NCBI GenBank assembly: GCA_048940925.1
Contig: JBHLOC010000073.1
Location: 1-13,269, forward strand
Source: Promethearchaeota archaeon
GTDB taxonomy: Archaea; Asgardarchaeota; Lokiarchaeia; Sigyniarchaeales; SOKP01
Reading direction: 5' to 3'
Length of the DNA stretch: 13,269 bases
A program made the translations under genes and the position numbers. The notes under the pieces are model-generated. The model saw only the letters and a list, made by a program, of their open reading frames with translations, ran no database searches and had not been told where the DNA came from. This document shows, one piece after another, positions 1 to 7,402 of this stretch (position 1 is its first letter; each line of letters starts with the position of its first letter).

Positions 1-374
1 TCAACTTTTATAGACAATCCTGGACTTGCTAGTGTTAAATCCGGCATCACTTCACTGATCTGTTCTTCCATCTTTTTAACAGCTTTTTCAAAATCAGCGG
101 TTATGTAGGTATCAAATACAGCATACGCATTTACCTTTAATTGAGATTGCGGAAGTTTATTGATAAATTTCTTTATCGACCCTACATGCTTTCCAAAATG
201 GTTCGGAGATCCTATTAAAATTAAGTCATAGGAAGCTTCCTCCTTAAGTTTTATATCTTTTACATTATTAACTATTACTTCATTATCCCCAGTAGAAGTG
301 ATTCCTTCTGCTATTAATTTGGCTACTTTTTCGGTATTTCCATACTTTGTAGCATACACTATTAGAACTTGCAT
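1..374 (-). CDS. Flavodoxin-domain protein (3' end runs off the window; absent from the ORF track)
   Basis: Manual translation from ATG at 374-372 gives MQVLIVYATKYGNTEKVAKLIAEGI...YDLILIGSPNHFG...YAVFDTY... This includes the FMN phosphate loop (T-x-Y-G-N-T) and the IGSP motif of flavodoxins. The frame is open to the window edge, and there is a GAGGTG SD upstream. Confidence 0.9.
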   Translation of the reverse strand, partial: MQVLIVYATKYGNTEKVAKLIAEGITSTGDNEVIVNNVKDIKLKEEASYDLILIGSPNHFGKHVGSIKKFINKLPQSQLKVNAYAVFDTYITADFEKAVKKMEEQISEVMPDLTLASPGLSIKV

Positions 375-381
375 TTTGATA

Positions 382-387
382 CACCTC
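382..387 (-). promoter_or_regulatory. Shine-Dalgarno site GAGGTG for the flavodoxin
   Basis: CACCTC on the + strand, 7 nt from the ATG at 374. Confidence 0.7.
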
Positions 388-581
388 GTTTAATATTATT
401 ATTTGAACTTACTATTCCTAATTAACCTTAATTTAAATATGACATCAAAATTTTCGAATTTTTGCCCTTATATCTTAAAATAGAAATATAAAACTATGTT
501 CGATAAAGTAATGGTCCGCTGATTTTATTTATCATTACTACCTAGTGTGTTGCGTTTTTACTTTAAACTTCAACTTTAATC

Positions 582-1745
582 CTATAAAGAAGAATATACA
601 GCTTTGATCAACCGTTCTCCCCGGGGATCTCCTATAATTTTGAAACCTTGTTTATTCATTACATAAGCGAGACTCATTTTTTCATCCAAGTCTGCAATAA
701 TTAATGAACCTCCATAGCCCCCCCAATAGAGTGTGCGCGGATTAGGACAAATTTTGCTCATTAATCCACCAGCATTATTGATCCCAAATCCTAACCCGAA
801 TTTAATAGGCATGTTAAGAACTAGATCTTTCCCTTCAGTTCTACTCTCAAGAGTTTTTTCAATTATTTCATGAGATAAAAACCGAACTCCATTTAATTCT
901 CCCCCGTTAGCTAATATGGCTCCAACTTTTGCAACAGCACGGGCATTTCCATGACCATTTGCTGCGGGAATTTCAGCAGATTGCCATTCTTTTGTCATTA
1001 CAGCTTCATGTGTCATGTCATATGGATTTGTAAAAACTTTTTGAAACAATGTTTTACGCATTATAAGCCCCATCATCCACATCATAATTTTCCCCTTAAT
1101 TCCTTCCATTTTTGGCGGAATCAATTCTGCTACCCTCGGTCGTTCTAAATCGCTGAGTCCTATATGAAAATCAATATCCAGGGGTCCTGTTATTTCTTCT
1201 TTCAAAAATCGACCGAGACTTTTCTTTGAAACTCTTTTCACAACTTCACCTAAAAGAAAGCCAAAAGTATATGCATGATAACCGCTCCTTTGTCTATCAT
1301 CCCACCAAGGTTTTTGACGACTAAGAGCTTCTGTGACCTTTTTCCAGTTATAAAAATCTTTTAGCTCTATTTTTTCATCAAAACCGGCTAACCCTGCTGT
1401 ATGAGATAATAAATGCCCAACTGTTATTTTTTCCTTTCCCGATTGCGCAAATTCAGGCCAATAATCAGCTACAGGAGCGTCTACATCAATATTTTTTTTA
1501 TCAGCGAGCATCAACACACAAATTGCAGTCGCAACTTTGGATGTAGAATAAACATTCACAATCGTGTCTTTTTGCCATGGTTTCGTTTTTGCTGCATCTG
1601 CATAACCCCCCCATAAATCTATTACTGTTTTTCCTTCAATGGTTACTGAAAATGATGCACCGCATTCCTTTCCGGTATTCAAGTTTTTCTCAAATGCTTT
1701 TTTCACTTTGCCAAATTTTTCTTCACAATATCCTGAAATCTCCAT
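582..1745 (-). CDS. Serine hydrolase, class C beta-lactamase / family VIII esterase-like
   Basis: SxxK motif (VYSTSK), LLSHTAGL, catalytic Tyr in GYHA, and C-terminal WGGYGGS; 387 aa, no signal peptide. Confidence 0.93.
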   Translation of the reverse strand: MEISGYCEEKFGKVKKAFEKNLNTGKECGASFSVTIEGKTVIDLWGGYADAAKTKPWQKDTIVNVYSTSKVATAICVLMLADKKNIDVDAPVADYWPEFAQSGKEKITVGHLLSHTAGLAGFDEKIELKDFYNWKKVTEALSRQKPWWDDRQRSGYHAYTFGFLLGEVVKRVSKKSLGRFLKEEITGPLDIDFHIGLSDLERPRVAELIPPKMEGIKGKIMMWMMGLIMRKTLFQKVFTNPYDMTHEAVMTKEWQSAEIPAANGHGNARAVAKVGAILANGGELNGVRFLSHEIIEKTLESRTEGKDLVLNMPIKFGLGFGINNAGGLMSKICPNPRTLYWGGYGGSLIIADLDEKMSLAYVMNKQGFKIIGDPRGERLIKAVYSSL

Positions 1746-1869
1746 TTGTTATCACTTCTGTTTAACCTTACAATTTTTGGTATTTTTAATAGTTACTTGT
1801 TTTTATCACTACAACGTGAGGTTCCAGTTTTTTTAAATTTTGTCCCAATTTTCTATGAAAAATTGAAGA

Positions 1870-1912
1870 AAAAGTAAATTCAAAGTCTGATTTCAATGAA
1901 AATTTAGTGAAA
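1870..1912 (+). repeat. Dispersed ~44-bp palindromic intergenic element, copy 1
   Basis: AAAAGTAAATTCAAAGTCTGATTTCAATGAAAATTTAGTGAAA; 33/36 identical to 4619-4654. Confidence 0.9.
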
Positions 1913-1950
1913 TATAGTGGATAGCTAACAATAATTCTTCTTAAGCAATT

Positions 1951-1963
1951 GAAAGTTTTATAA
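1951..1963 (+). promoter_or_regulatory. Putative archaeal BRE-TATA promoter (GAAAG-TTTTATAA)
   Basis: Purine-rich BRE directly followed by TTTTATAA, about 245 nt upstream of the ferredoxin ATG. AT-rich background limits certainty. Confidence 0.4.
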
Positions 1964-2206
1964 TGCTTGAAGATAGACAAGTCGACGCATGTTTGGGTTT
2001 TTGATAAGGGTTCCAATACTTTTAAAGAATTGGATTTTATCTCTAAATAACTTTCTCTTCAAACTTAAATAATTTTAAACAGGATTTGTGGTAAATATAC
2101 ACTTCTACACATCATTAGATATGTATTCTCTCATCGTGTATAAGCTTATTACAAATAAGAGAATAATTAATAACAAATGACCATTTACAAATAGTGTGAT
2201 ATTGAT

Positions 2207-2743
2207 ATGGAAAACGTAAGTAATCTGTGGATAAAAAGAAATTATGAAAAATGCAGCGGTTGCAGAAGATGTGAAATTGCCTGTTCTCTACATCACGAAG
2301 GGAAAATTTGGCCGGAAGCTTCAAGGGTTAGAGTTTTCATGTTTGTTCCAGGAGTTGAAATACCTCATCTCTGCTTCCAGTGTAATGATTACCCTTGTGT
2401 TGAGGCATGTCCCGAGGAAGCTCTATCAGTAGATGATCATACAGGAGCCGTAATCACTGATAAATCGAAATGTACCGCATGTGGAGCGTGTATTGATGCC
2501 TGTCCTGGAAGAGTGCCACATCTCCATCCTCAAGATGATTATATAGTGATTTGCGATTTATGTGGTGGAAATCCGAAATGTACAGTTAGTTGTCAGGAGG
2601 GTAAGTGGGATACTTTGATTCTCTTAGAGAGTCAAGATGCAGAAATGAAAAAAATACCAGCTAACATTCCTAAGAAACTCGCATATGAAACTGCGAGAAA
2701 AATTTTGGGTGAAAAGGCAACTGAAGAGGTGTATGAATGGTGA
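2207..2743 (+). CDS. wor5S: Four-cluster [4Fe-4S] polyferredoxin subunit of a WOR5-type tungsten oxidoreductase
   Basis: 16 Cys in four groups: CSGCRRCEIAC, CFQCNDYPCVEAC, CTACGACIDAC, CDLCGGNPKCTVSC. The HEGxIWPEASRxRVF segment matches my recollection of the P. furiosus WOR5 small subunit. The stop overlaps the next ATG. Confidence 0.88.
   Translation: MENVSNLWIKRNYEKCSGCRRCEIACSLHHEGKIWPEASRVRVFMFVPGVEIPHLCFQCNDYPCVEACPEEALSVDDHTGAVITDKSKCTACGACIDACPGRVPHLHPQDDYIVICDLCGGNPKCTVSCQEGKWDTLILLESQDAEMKKIPANIPKKLAYETARKILGEKATEEVYEW
2726..2731 (+). promoter_or_regulatory. Shine-Dalgarno site GAGGTG for the oxidoreductase large subunit
   Basis: GAGGTG 5 nt before ATG 2737, inside the upstream gene, consistent with translational coupling. 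Confidence 0.75.
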
Positions 2744-4614
2744 ATGGATATGCGGGAAAATTTCTGGAAATAGATCTGACAAATAAGAAAACTGAAGAAA
2801 TTACATTTTCAGATAAAGTTCTTCAGGATTATATGGGAGGAAGGGGTCTAGGAGTAAAAATATTATGGGATAGGCTTGGAAATAAGTGGGAGACGATTGA
2901 TCCTCTAGGTCCCGAAAACATTTTACTAATGCTTACTGGCCCTTTTACAGGATATTTTCCTGGTGCAAGAAGTTGTGTAACCGGAAAATCCCCTCAGGGT
3001 AATGGAATAGTAGGTTCCACAGTCGCGGGAGAGTTTGGTGTGGAATTAAAATGTGCCGGTTATGACGGAATAATTTTTACGGGAAAGGCTGAAAAACCGA
3101 GTTATGTATTCATTTGTGATAATAACATAGAGATTAAAGATGCTTCACATATATGGGGAAAAACTGGCAGAGAATCTATGCGTTATCTCATAAGGGATTC
3201 GATTAATGATATCAAAAAGATTCATCCTAATTATGGGGAGTTTAAGGAACCTTCAGTTCTTTATATAGGTCCTGCTGGAGAAAACAAATCCAGAGTAGCA
3301 GCCGTAATAGCAAAATATACACATGCTGCTGGTTATGGAGGATATGGGGGTGTAATGGGATCTAAAAATTTGAAAGCTGTGGTTGTAAAAGGTTTTGGTC
3401 CCTTACCAGATGTGTTTGATCAGGATAAAATGCTCGAGCTTTCGCAAAAATTTTCAAATAATTGTTTTACGATAGAATTTTTTAGACGTTGGGGTACAGG
3501 ATCGGGAGGTTACACATTTGGTGCTGAGTCAAGTTCAGAACCAGTTAAAAATTGGCAGGAAGAATGGCATAATGAGGAGAGTTATAAAGGTGAAGAATTT
3601 GATAAACTTTGGGTAAAAAAATACTGGGGAGATTTTGGTTGTCCTGTTACATGCCTAAAATTAGCAGTGTTAAGAGATGGAAAATATGCTGGGGCTATTT
3701 GTGATAATCCTGATTACGAGCTTGAGGCATTCCTAGGGCCAAATTTGGGTATTTTTTCACCAGAACAGAACATTTATCTATCTTACGTAATAGAAGGATT
3801 AGGATTTTGTGGAATTCAAGGTGGTGCAATTTTAGGTTTTACAGGAGAATTATTCCAAAGAGGTATTGTTACAAAAGAAGATTTAGGAGGAATTGATCTT
3901 AGATGGGGTAACGTTGATGCATTTGCAGAATTAGCCAGAAAAATTGCTTTTAGAGAAGGTATTGGGGATATATTAGCAGAAGGTATATATCGAGCGGCTT
4001 TGAAACTTGAAGAAATGAAAAAAACCGAAGTTCTTAAATATGCAATTCATCTTAAGGGCATGGCAATCGGAGCACACGGCCTTAGAAGCGGTAAGGACAT
4101 GGTTACAACTACTCCAATTGGATATAGTGTGTCAGTTCAAGCAGGAGACCATACATCATCAGCTGCTCTTCCTATTGATGGTCGTGGAAGTGAGATGCGT
4201 TCAATTATGAGTGATTCTGGAGTAATTTGTTTCTTTACCACCTTTACTTTAGCCTTTGATGAAATTGCGAGTTTCTATCAAGCAGTTACAGGTTGGGAAT
4301 TAACAAAAGAAAATTGGTTCAGTGAAAAAGGTTTAAGAATTTTGCAATTACAGAGAACTGTGGCACTGCTTGGAGGACCGGATGCTGAGTGGAGATCAAA
4401 ACATGATGATACTCTGCCGTCTAGATTTTGGGAACCTCTCCCATCGGGACCGTTTAAAGGAGTATCAATAGATAAAAATACATTCGAGAAATTAAAATCC
4501 GAATATTACACAACAGTGGGGTGGAATGATGAAGGTGTACCCTCTTCTGAAATATTACAAAAGCTGGATTTAAATGATGTTGAATTGAAGCTTAAAAAAG
4601 AGGAGTTGTTATAA
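2737..4614 (+). CDS. wor5L: Tungsten-containing aldehyde:ferredoxin oxidoreductase family catalytic subunit, WOR5 clade
   Basis: AOR-family motifs GGRGLG, KSP, LKCAGYDGIIFTGKA, IGPAGEN, GVMGSKNLKAV, PDYE. WOR5-like motifs HAAGYGGYG, SSEPVKNWQEE, YWGDFGCPVTC (Asp at the first cluster-Cys position), GAHGLRS, SVQAGDH, LLGGPD. Confidence 0.92.
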   Translation: MVNGYAGKFLEIDLTNKKTEEITFSDKVLQDYMGGRGLGVKILWDRLGNKWETIDPLGPENILLMLTGPFTGYFPGARSCVTGKSPQGNGIVGSTVAGEFGVELKCAGYDGIIFTGKAEKPSYVFICDNNIEIKDASHIWGKTGRESMRYLIRDSINDIKKIHPNYGEFKEPSVLYIGPAGENKSRVAAVIAKYTHAAGYGGYGGVMGSKNLKAVVVKGFGPLPDVFDQDKMLELSQKFSNNCFTIEFFRRWGTGSGGYTFGAESSSEPVKNWQEEWHNEESYKGEEFDKLWVKKYWGDFGCPVTCLKLAVLRDGKYAGAICDNPDYELEAFLGPNLGIFSPEQNIYLSYVIEGLGFCGIQGGAILGFTGELFQRGIVTKEDLGGIDLRWGNVDAFAELARKIAFREGIGDILAEGIYRAALKLEEMKKTEVLKYAIHLKGMAIGAHGLRSGKDMVTTTPIGYSVSVQAGDHTSSAALPIDGRGSEMRSIMSDSGVICFFTTFTLAFDEIASFYQAVTGWELTKENWFSEKGLRILQLQRTVALLGGPDAEWRSKHDDTLPSRFWEPLPSGPFKGVSIDKNTFEKLKSEYYTTVGWNDEGVPSSEILQKLDLNDVELKLKKEELL

Positions 4615-4618
4615 TTCC

Positions 4619-4662
4619 AAAAGTAAATTCAGAGTCTAATTCCAATGAAAATTTCATTGAAA
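4619..4662 (+). repeat. Dispersed ~44-bp palindromic intergenic element, copy 2
   Basis: AAAAGTAAATTCAGAGTCTAATTCCAATGAAAATTTCATTGAAA; starts 4 nt after the oxidoreductase stop, between convergent genes. Confidence 0.9.
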
Positions 4663-4695
4663 AAGTCCGATAAGAATTATTTAAATGGGACTTAA

Positions 4696-5529
4696 CTATT
4701 TTTTATTATTTTTTTTTGTATCATCTTTAAAATCACGTGTCAGGTTTTTATATCCATAATTTAGCAAAATCAGTATTACAAAGATGAAAATGATAATATT
4801 GCTGAGTATTCTGATTTGAACATCAAATGAAAATAATTGTCCAAAAAAATTTATGCAAAAATGAAATAACATCGCTGATAAAATACTTCTATTAGTGTTA
4901 TTAAATATTAAGGTGTAAATGATGGAATGAGGAAAGAGCATTATAAAAAACATCCAAAATTCTATAGATAACAAACCAAGACTTTCCTGATATGTCCCAT
5001 TGATAAAAAATAATGGTATATGCCATATTCCCCAAAATAAACCAATAATTATACTTGAAATAAAAGCATTGTATTTACTTTGGAGTGGATCTAGGACATA
5101 GCCACGCCAGCCGAATTCTTCTGCTATAACTCCAATAATTAAAAAAATTACAGAAACTAATAAACTAGATAAAAAATTAGGATCAAATGTTATCCCACTA
5201 CCATTGAATAGAATGGACAATCCTCCTGCCATTAAAAGCGGAGTTAGTGACAATATTACGATTGCTCCGTACCATTGAAAGTTGATACGTTTAAAATCTC
5301 GAGATCTGTACCAAAAGTCTTTTACCTCGTCTTTACTCTTAGTTAAATATGTTAATGAAATACCAATTAATGAAGGACCAAACCCTCCAAGAGCATAAAA
5401 GATTATTGTTGGAAAGGAGGTATAAGTTTGATTTAAATAAACTGCTATACTCCAAAAAAGCCATGAAAACACGAAGGTTAATAAGAAAAAAATCCATGGA
5501 TTAGCAAGGTACAATTTCGTTTTGTTCAT
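4696..5529 (-). CDS. CPBP family (CAAX protease/Abi) intramembrane glutamic protease
   Basis: EExxxR (AEEFGWRG), FxxxH (FWGIWH) and HxxxN (HFCIN) motifs; about 8 hydrophobic helices. Confidence 0.93.
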   Translation of the reverse strand: MNKTKLYLANPWIFFLLTFVFSWLFWSIAVYLNQTYTSFPTIIFYALGGFGPSLIGISLTYLTKSKDEVKDFWYRSRDFKRINFQWYGAIVILSLTPLLMAGGLSILFNGSGITFDPNFLSSLLVSVIFLIIGVIAEEFGWRGYVLDPLQSKYNAFISSIIIGLFWGIWHIPLFFINGTYQESLGLLSIEFWMFFIMLFPHSIIYTLIFNNTNRSILSAMLFHFCINFFGQLFSFDVQIRILSNIIIFIFVILILLNYGYKNLTRDFKDDTKKNNKK

Positions 5530-5821
5530 AAGAGGTTTCTATCTTTTTTTTAATTTAAATGCTTGTAGAGCTAGAGCATTTCATAATAAAAATCTTCGTG
5601 AAATGGTTACTGAACTATATGCTATTCTTAAAATATTTAATTATTGAAAATTAAAAGCTGAGTTTTTCATAAATTTATTCTAAGACCATTAAAGTTCAGG
5701 AGATAACGACTGTGAGATTCGTTTTGTAGAAATACATGAAATAACCATAGGGTTCTTTTCTAATTTTTTCTTCACTTTTTTTAACTTCACGATAAAAATC
5801 CATAATTAATGGACTATAAAA

Positions 5822-5838
5822 GAAAGATATTTATATAA
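5822..5838 (+). promoter_or_regulatory. Putative BRE-TATA promoter of the 5888 gene
   Basis: GAAAGATA-TTTATATAA about 50 nt upstream of ATG 5888. It is flanked by palindromes TCCAT-AATTA-ATGGA (5799-5813) and TCACGTGA (5847-5854). Confidence 0.55.
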
Positions 5839-5887
5839 GATTAAATTCACGTGATTCAAAAAAATAATTAATAAAAGAGAAAATAAC

Positions 5888-6658
5888 ATGGAAAAATCGA
5901 ATTTTGCTCGACAATTTGAAGAATTTGGCATAAAGATGTATGTTCTGGCGATACTTTCTATAATAAGTATTTTTACCAGTGGAATTATCTCATTGGTAAT
6001 GTTTATTGTTATGCTTTTATCGCTAGGGGACATCAAAGACGCAAATGTAGAATTGAAAAACGAAGAGCTAGATAAGTTTCGAAAATATATCATATATGCG
6101 GTAGTCGTTGGGATTGTTGGAGCCATAATAATTATCGGTATTGCCCTTATCGTAGCATTTCTTTTTATTTCAGCACTCCCTGGATTTACATATAGCGCAC
6201 CTATGACAGTAGAGGAATTTAAACAAATAGCGCCATTAATTCAGATTCTTTTGTTAGTAATGTTGGGAGGTTTTCCTATTGGGGCTGTTTCTTTATGGCT
6301 TCTTATGATTGCATGGAAAAATTTCCAGATGTTCTTAGACAGGAATTCTGGATTATTCCCAAATATTGATAGTGCGAAAGTTATAGATGGTTCTGGAAAG
6401 ATGAAAAAGTCGTATCTGTATCTTTTTATTTCACTAATAATTGGAGCAGTTTTAGTTCTGATTGCGTTTTTTACATTTCCTCAAATCAAAACATTGATTA
6501 TTGACTACATCGAAGGGACTGAACCCTCAATGGCTTTACTTGGAGGTATGACAGCAGCTTTTGCCATACCAGGTGCTGCGATAGCAATTCTTGGAATAAT
6601 AAGCTTCATTTTAATGATAATTGGCTACTTCAAGGTCTCAGAATTAAGACACCTTTAA
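5888..6658 (+). CDS. Hypothetical polytopic membrane protein (about 6 TM helices)
   Basis: 256-aa ORF with six long hydrophobic segments, an upstream TATA box and a downstream T-tract. Confidence 0.85.
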   Translation: MEKSNFARQFEEFGIKMYVLAILSIISIFTSGIISLVMFIVMLLSLGDIKDANVELKNEELDKFRKYIIYAVVVGIVGAIIIIGIALIVAFLFISALPGFTYSAPMTVEEFKQIAPLIQILLLVMLGGFPIGAVSLWLLMIAWKNFQMFLDRNSGLFPNIDSAKVIDGSGKMKKSYLYLFISLIIGAVLVLIAFFTFPQIKTLIIDYIEGTEPSMALLGGMTAAFAIPGAAIAILGIISFILMIIGYFKVSELRHL

Positions 6659-6670
6659 TTTTAAAATATC

Positions 6671-6688
6671 TTTTTTTTTTTTCTTTTC
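6671..6688 (+). terminator. Archaeal-type oligo-T terminator
   Basis: T12-CTTTTC beginning 13 nt after the stop at 6658. Confidence 0.55.
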
Positions 6689-6889
6689 ATATATAAATTT
6701 TTTGCAGCAGCACTCATTGCTCGATATTTGAATCCTTGATCTCCTTTAGAGTCTTTCTGAAATTTTCATTAATCTTTACTAAATGGATATTTATTGATAT
6801 CCAATAATCATTCTAAATCAAATGTAGATTTTTAAAACAATAAAAATCTGAAACAAAAGAAAATTTGTTTTTTAAAAATGTTAGTTAAA

Positions 6890-7297
6890 TTATAAATTAA
6901 AATATGGTCTAAATATTTTTCTCATCCAACTGAAATCAAATGTGAGAAGAGAATGAGTTACACATTGATTATTATCAAAATTTGTCTCAAATTTAAAATG
7001 TATTTCTATAATGCCAGTTTTTTCAACTCTATGATACCCTTTTGGAATTTTGGGTAAAACAAAACCCTTTAAATTTGTGATATCAATTATATCATTATAA
7101 TTTAGTTGGATAAAAGTCAATATATCTTCTAAAACTCTCTGAATTTTTTGATTAAATTCTAAGGGTGTTATTCCAAATTTGTTTTTAATCATCTTAAAAT
7201 ATTCATGTCTCTTTCTTAAAGATCCTTTTTGATAAGTTTCTAAAGTATACCATTTATCTGCTGCCAATAAGAACTGTTTTGGTATAAAATATTCCAA
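6890..7297 (-). CDS. Hypothetical protein (135 aa, TTG start)
   Basis: 408-nt open frame in very AT-rich DNA, not overlapping other genes, with soluble-protein-like composition; no recognisable motif. Confidence 0.6.
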   Translation of the reverse strand: MEYFIPKQFLLAADKWYTLETYQKGSLRKRHEYFKMIKNKFGITPLEFNQKIQRVLEDILTFIQLNYNDIIDITNLKGFVLPKIPKGYHRVEKTGIIEIHFKFETNFDNNQCVTHSLLTFDFSWMRKIFRPYFNL

Positions 7298-7402
7298 AAA
7301 ATTATTTAATATTAAATTAAAACTAATAGGAATATTAAGGCACTGAAAGCTTTTTGGAAATTGATACTTTTTTAGTATTATAGCGGTTAATGTTCATAAA
7401 TA

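Noticed and set aside
507-539. Hairpin AGTAATGGT...ATCATTACT between the hydrolase and the flavodoxin
   Set aside because: A single short imperfect stem with no supporting context.
951-1836. Short + strand ORFs 951-1148, 1413-1616, 1577-1765 and 1639-1836
   Set aside because: Antisense shadows of the serine hydrolase, with no motifs.
1786-2432. ORFs 1786-2016 (-), 2115-2324 (-) and 2244-2432 (+)
   Set aside because: The first runs through a non-coding repeat and promoter-like DNA; the others overlap the ferredoxin antisense or out of frame.
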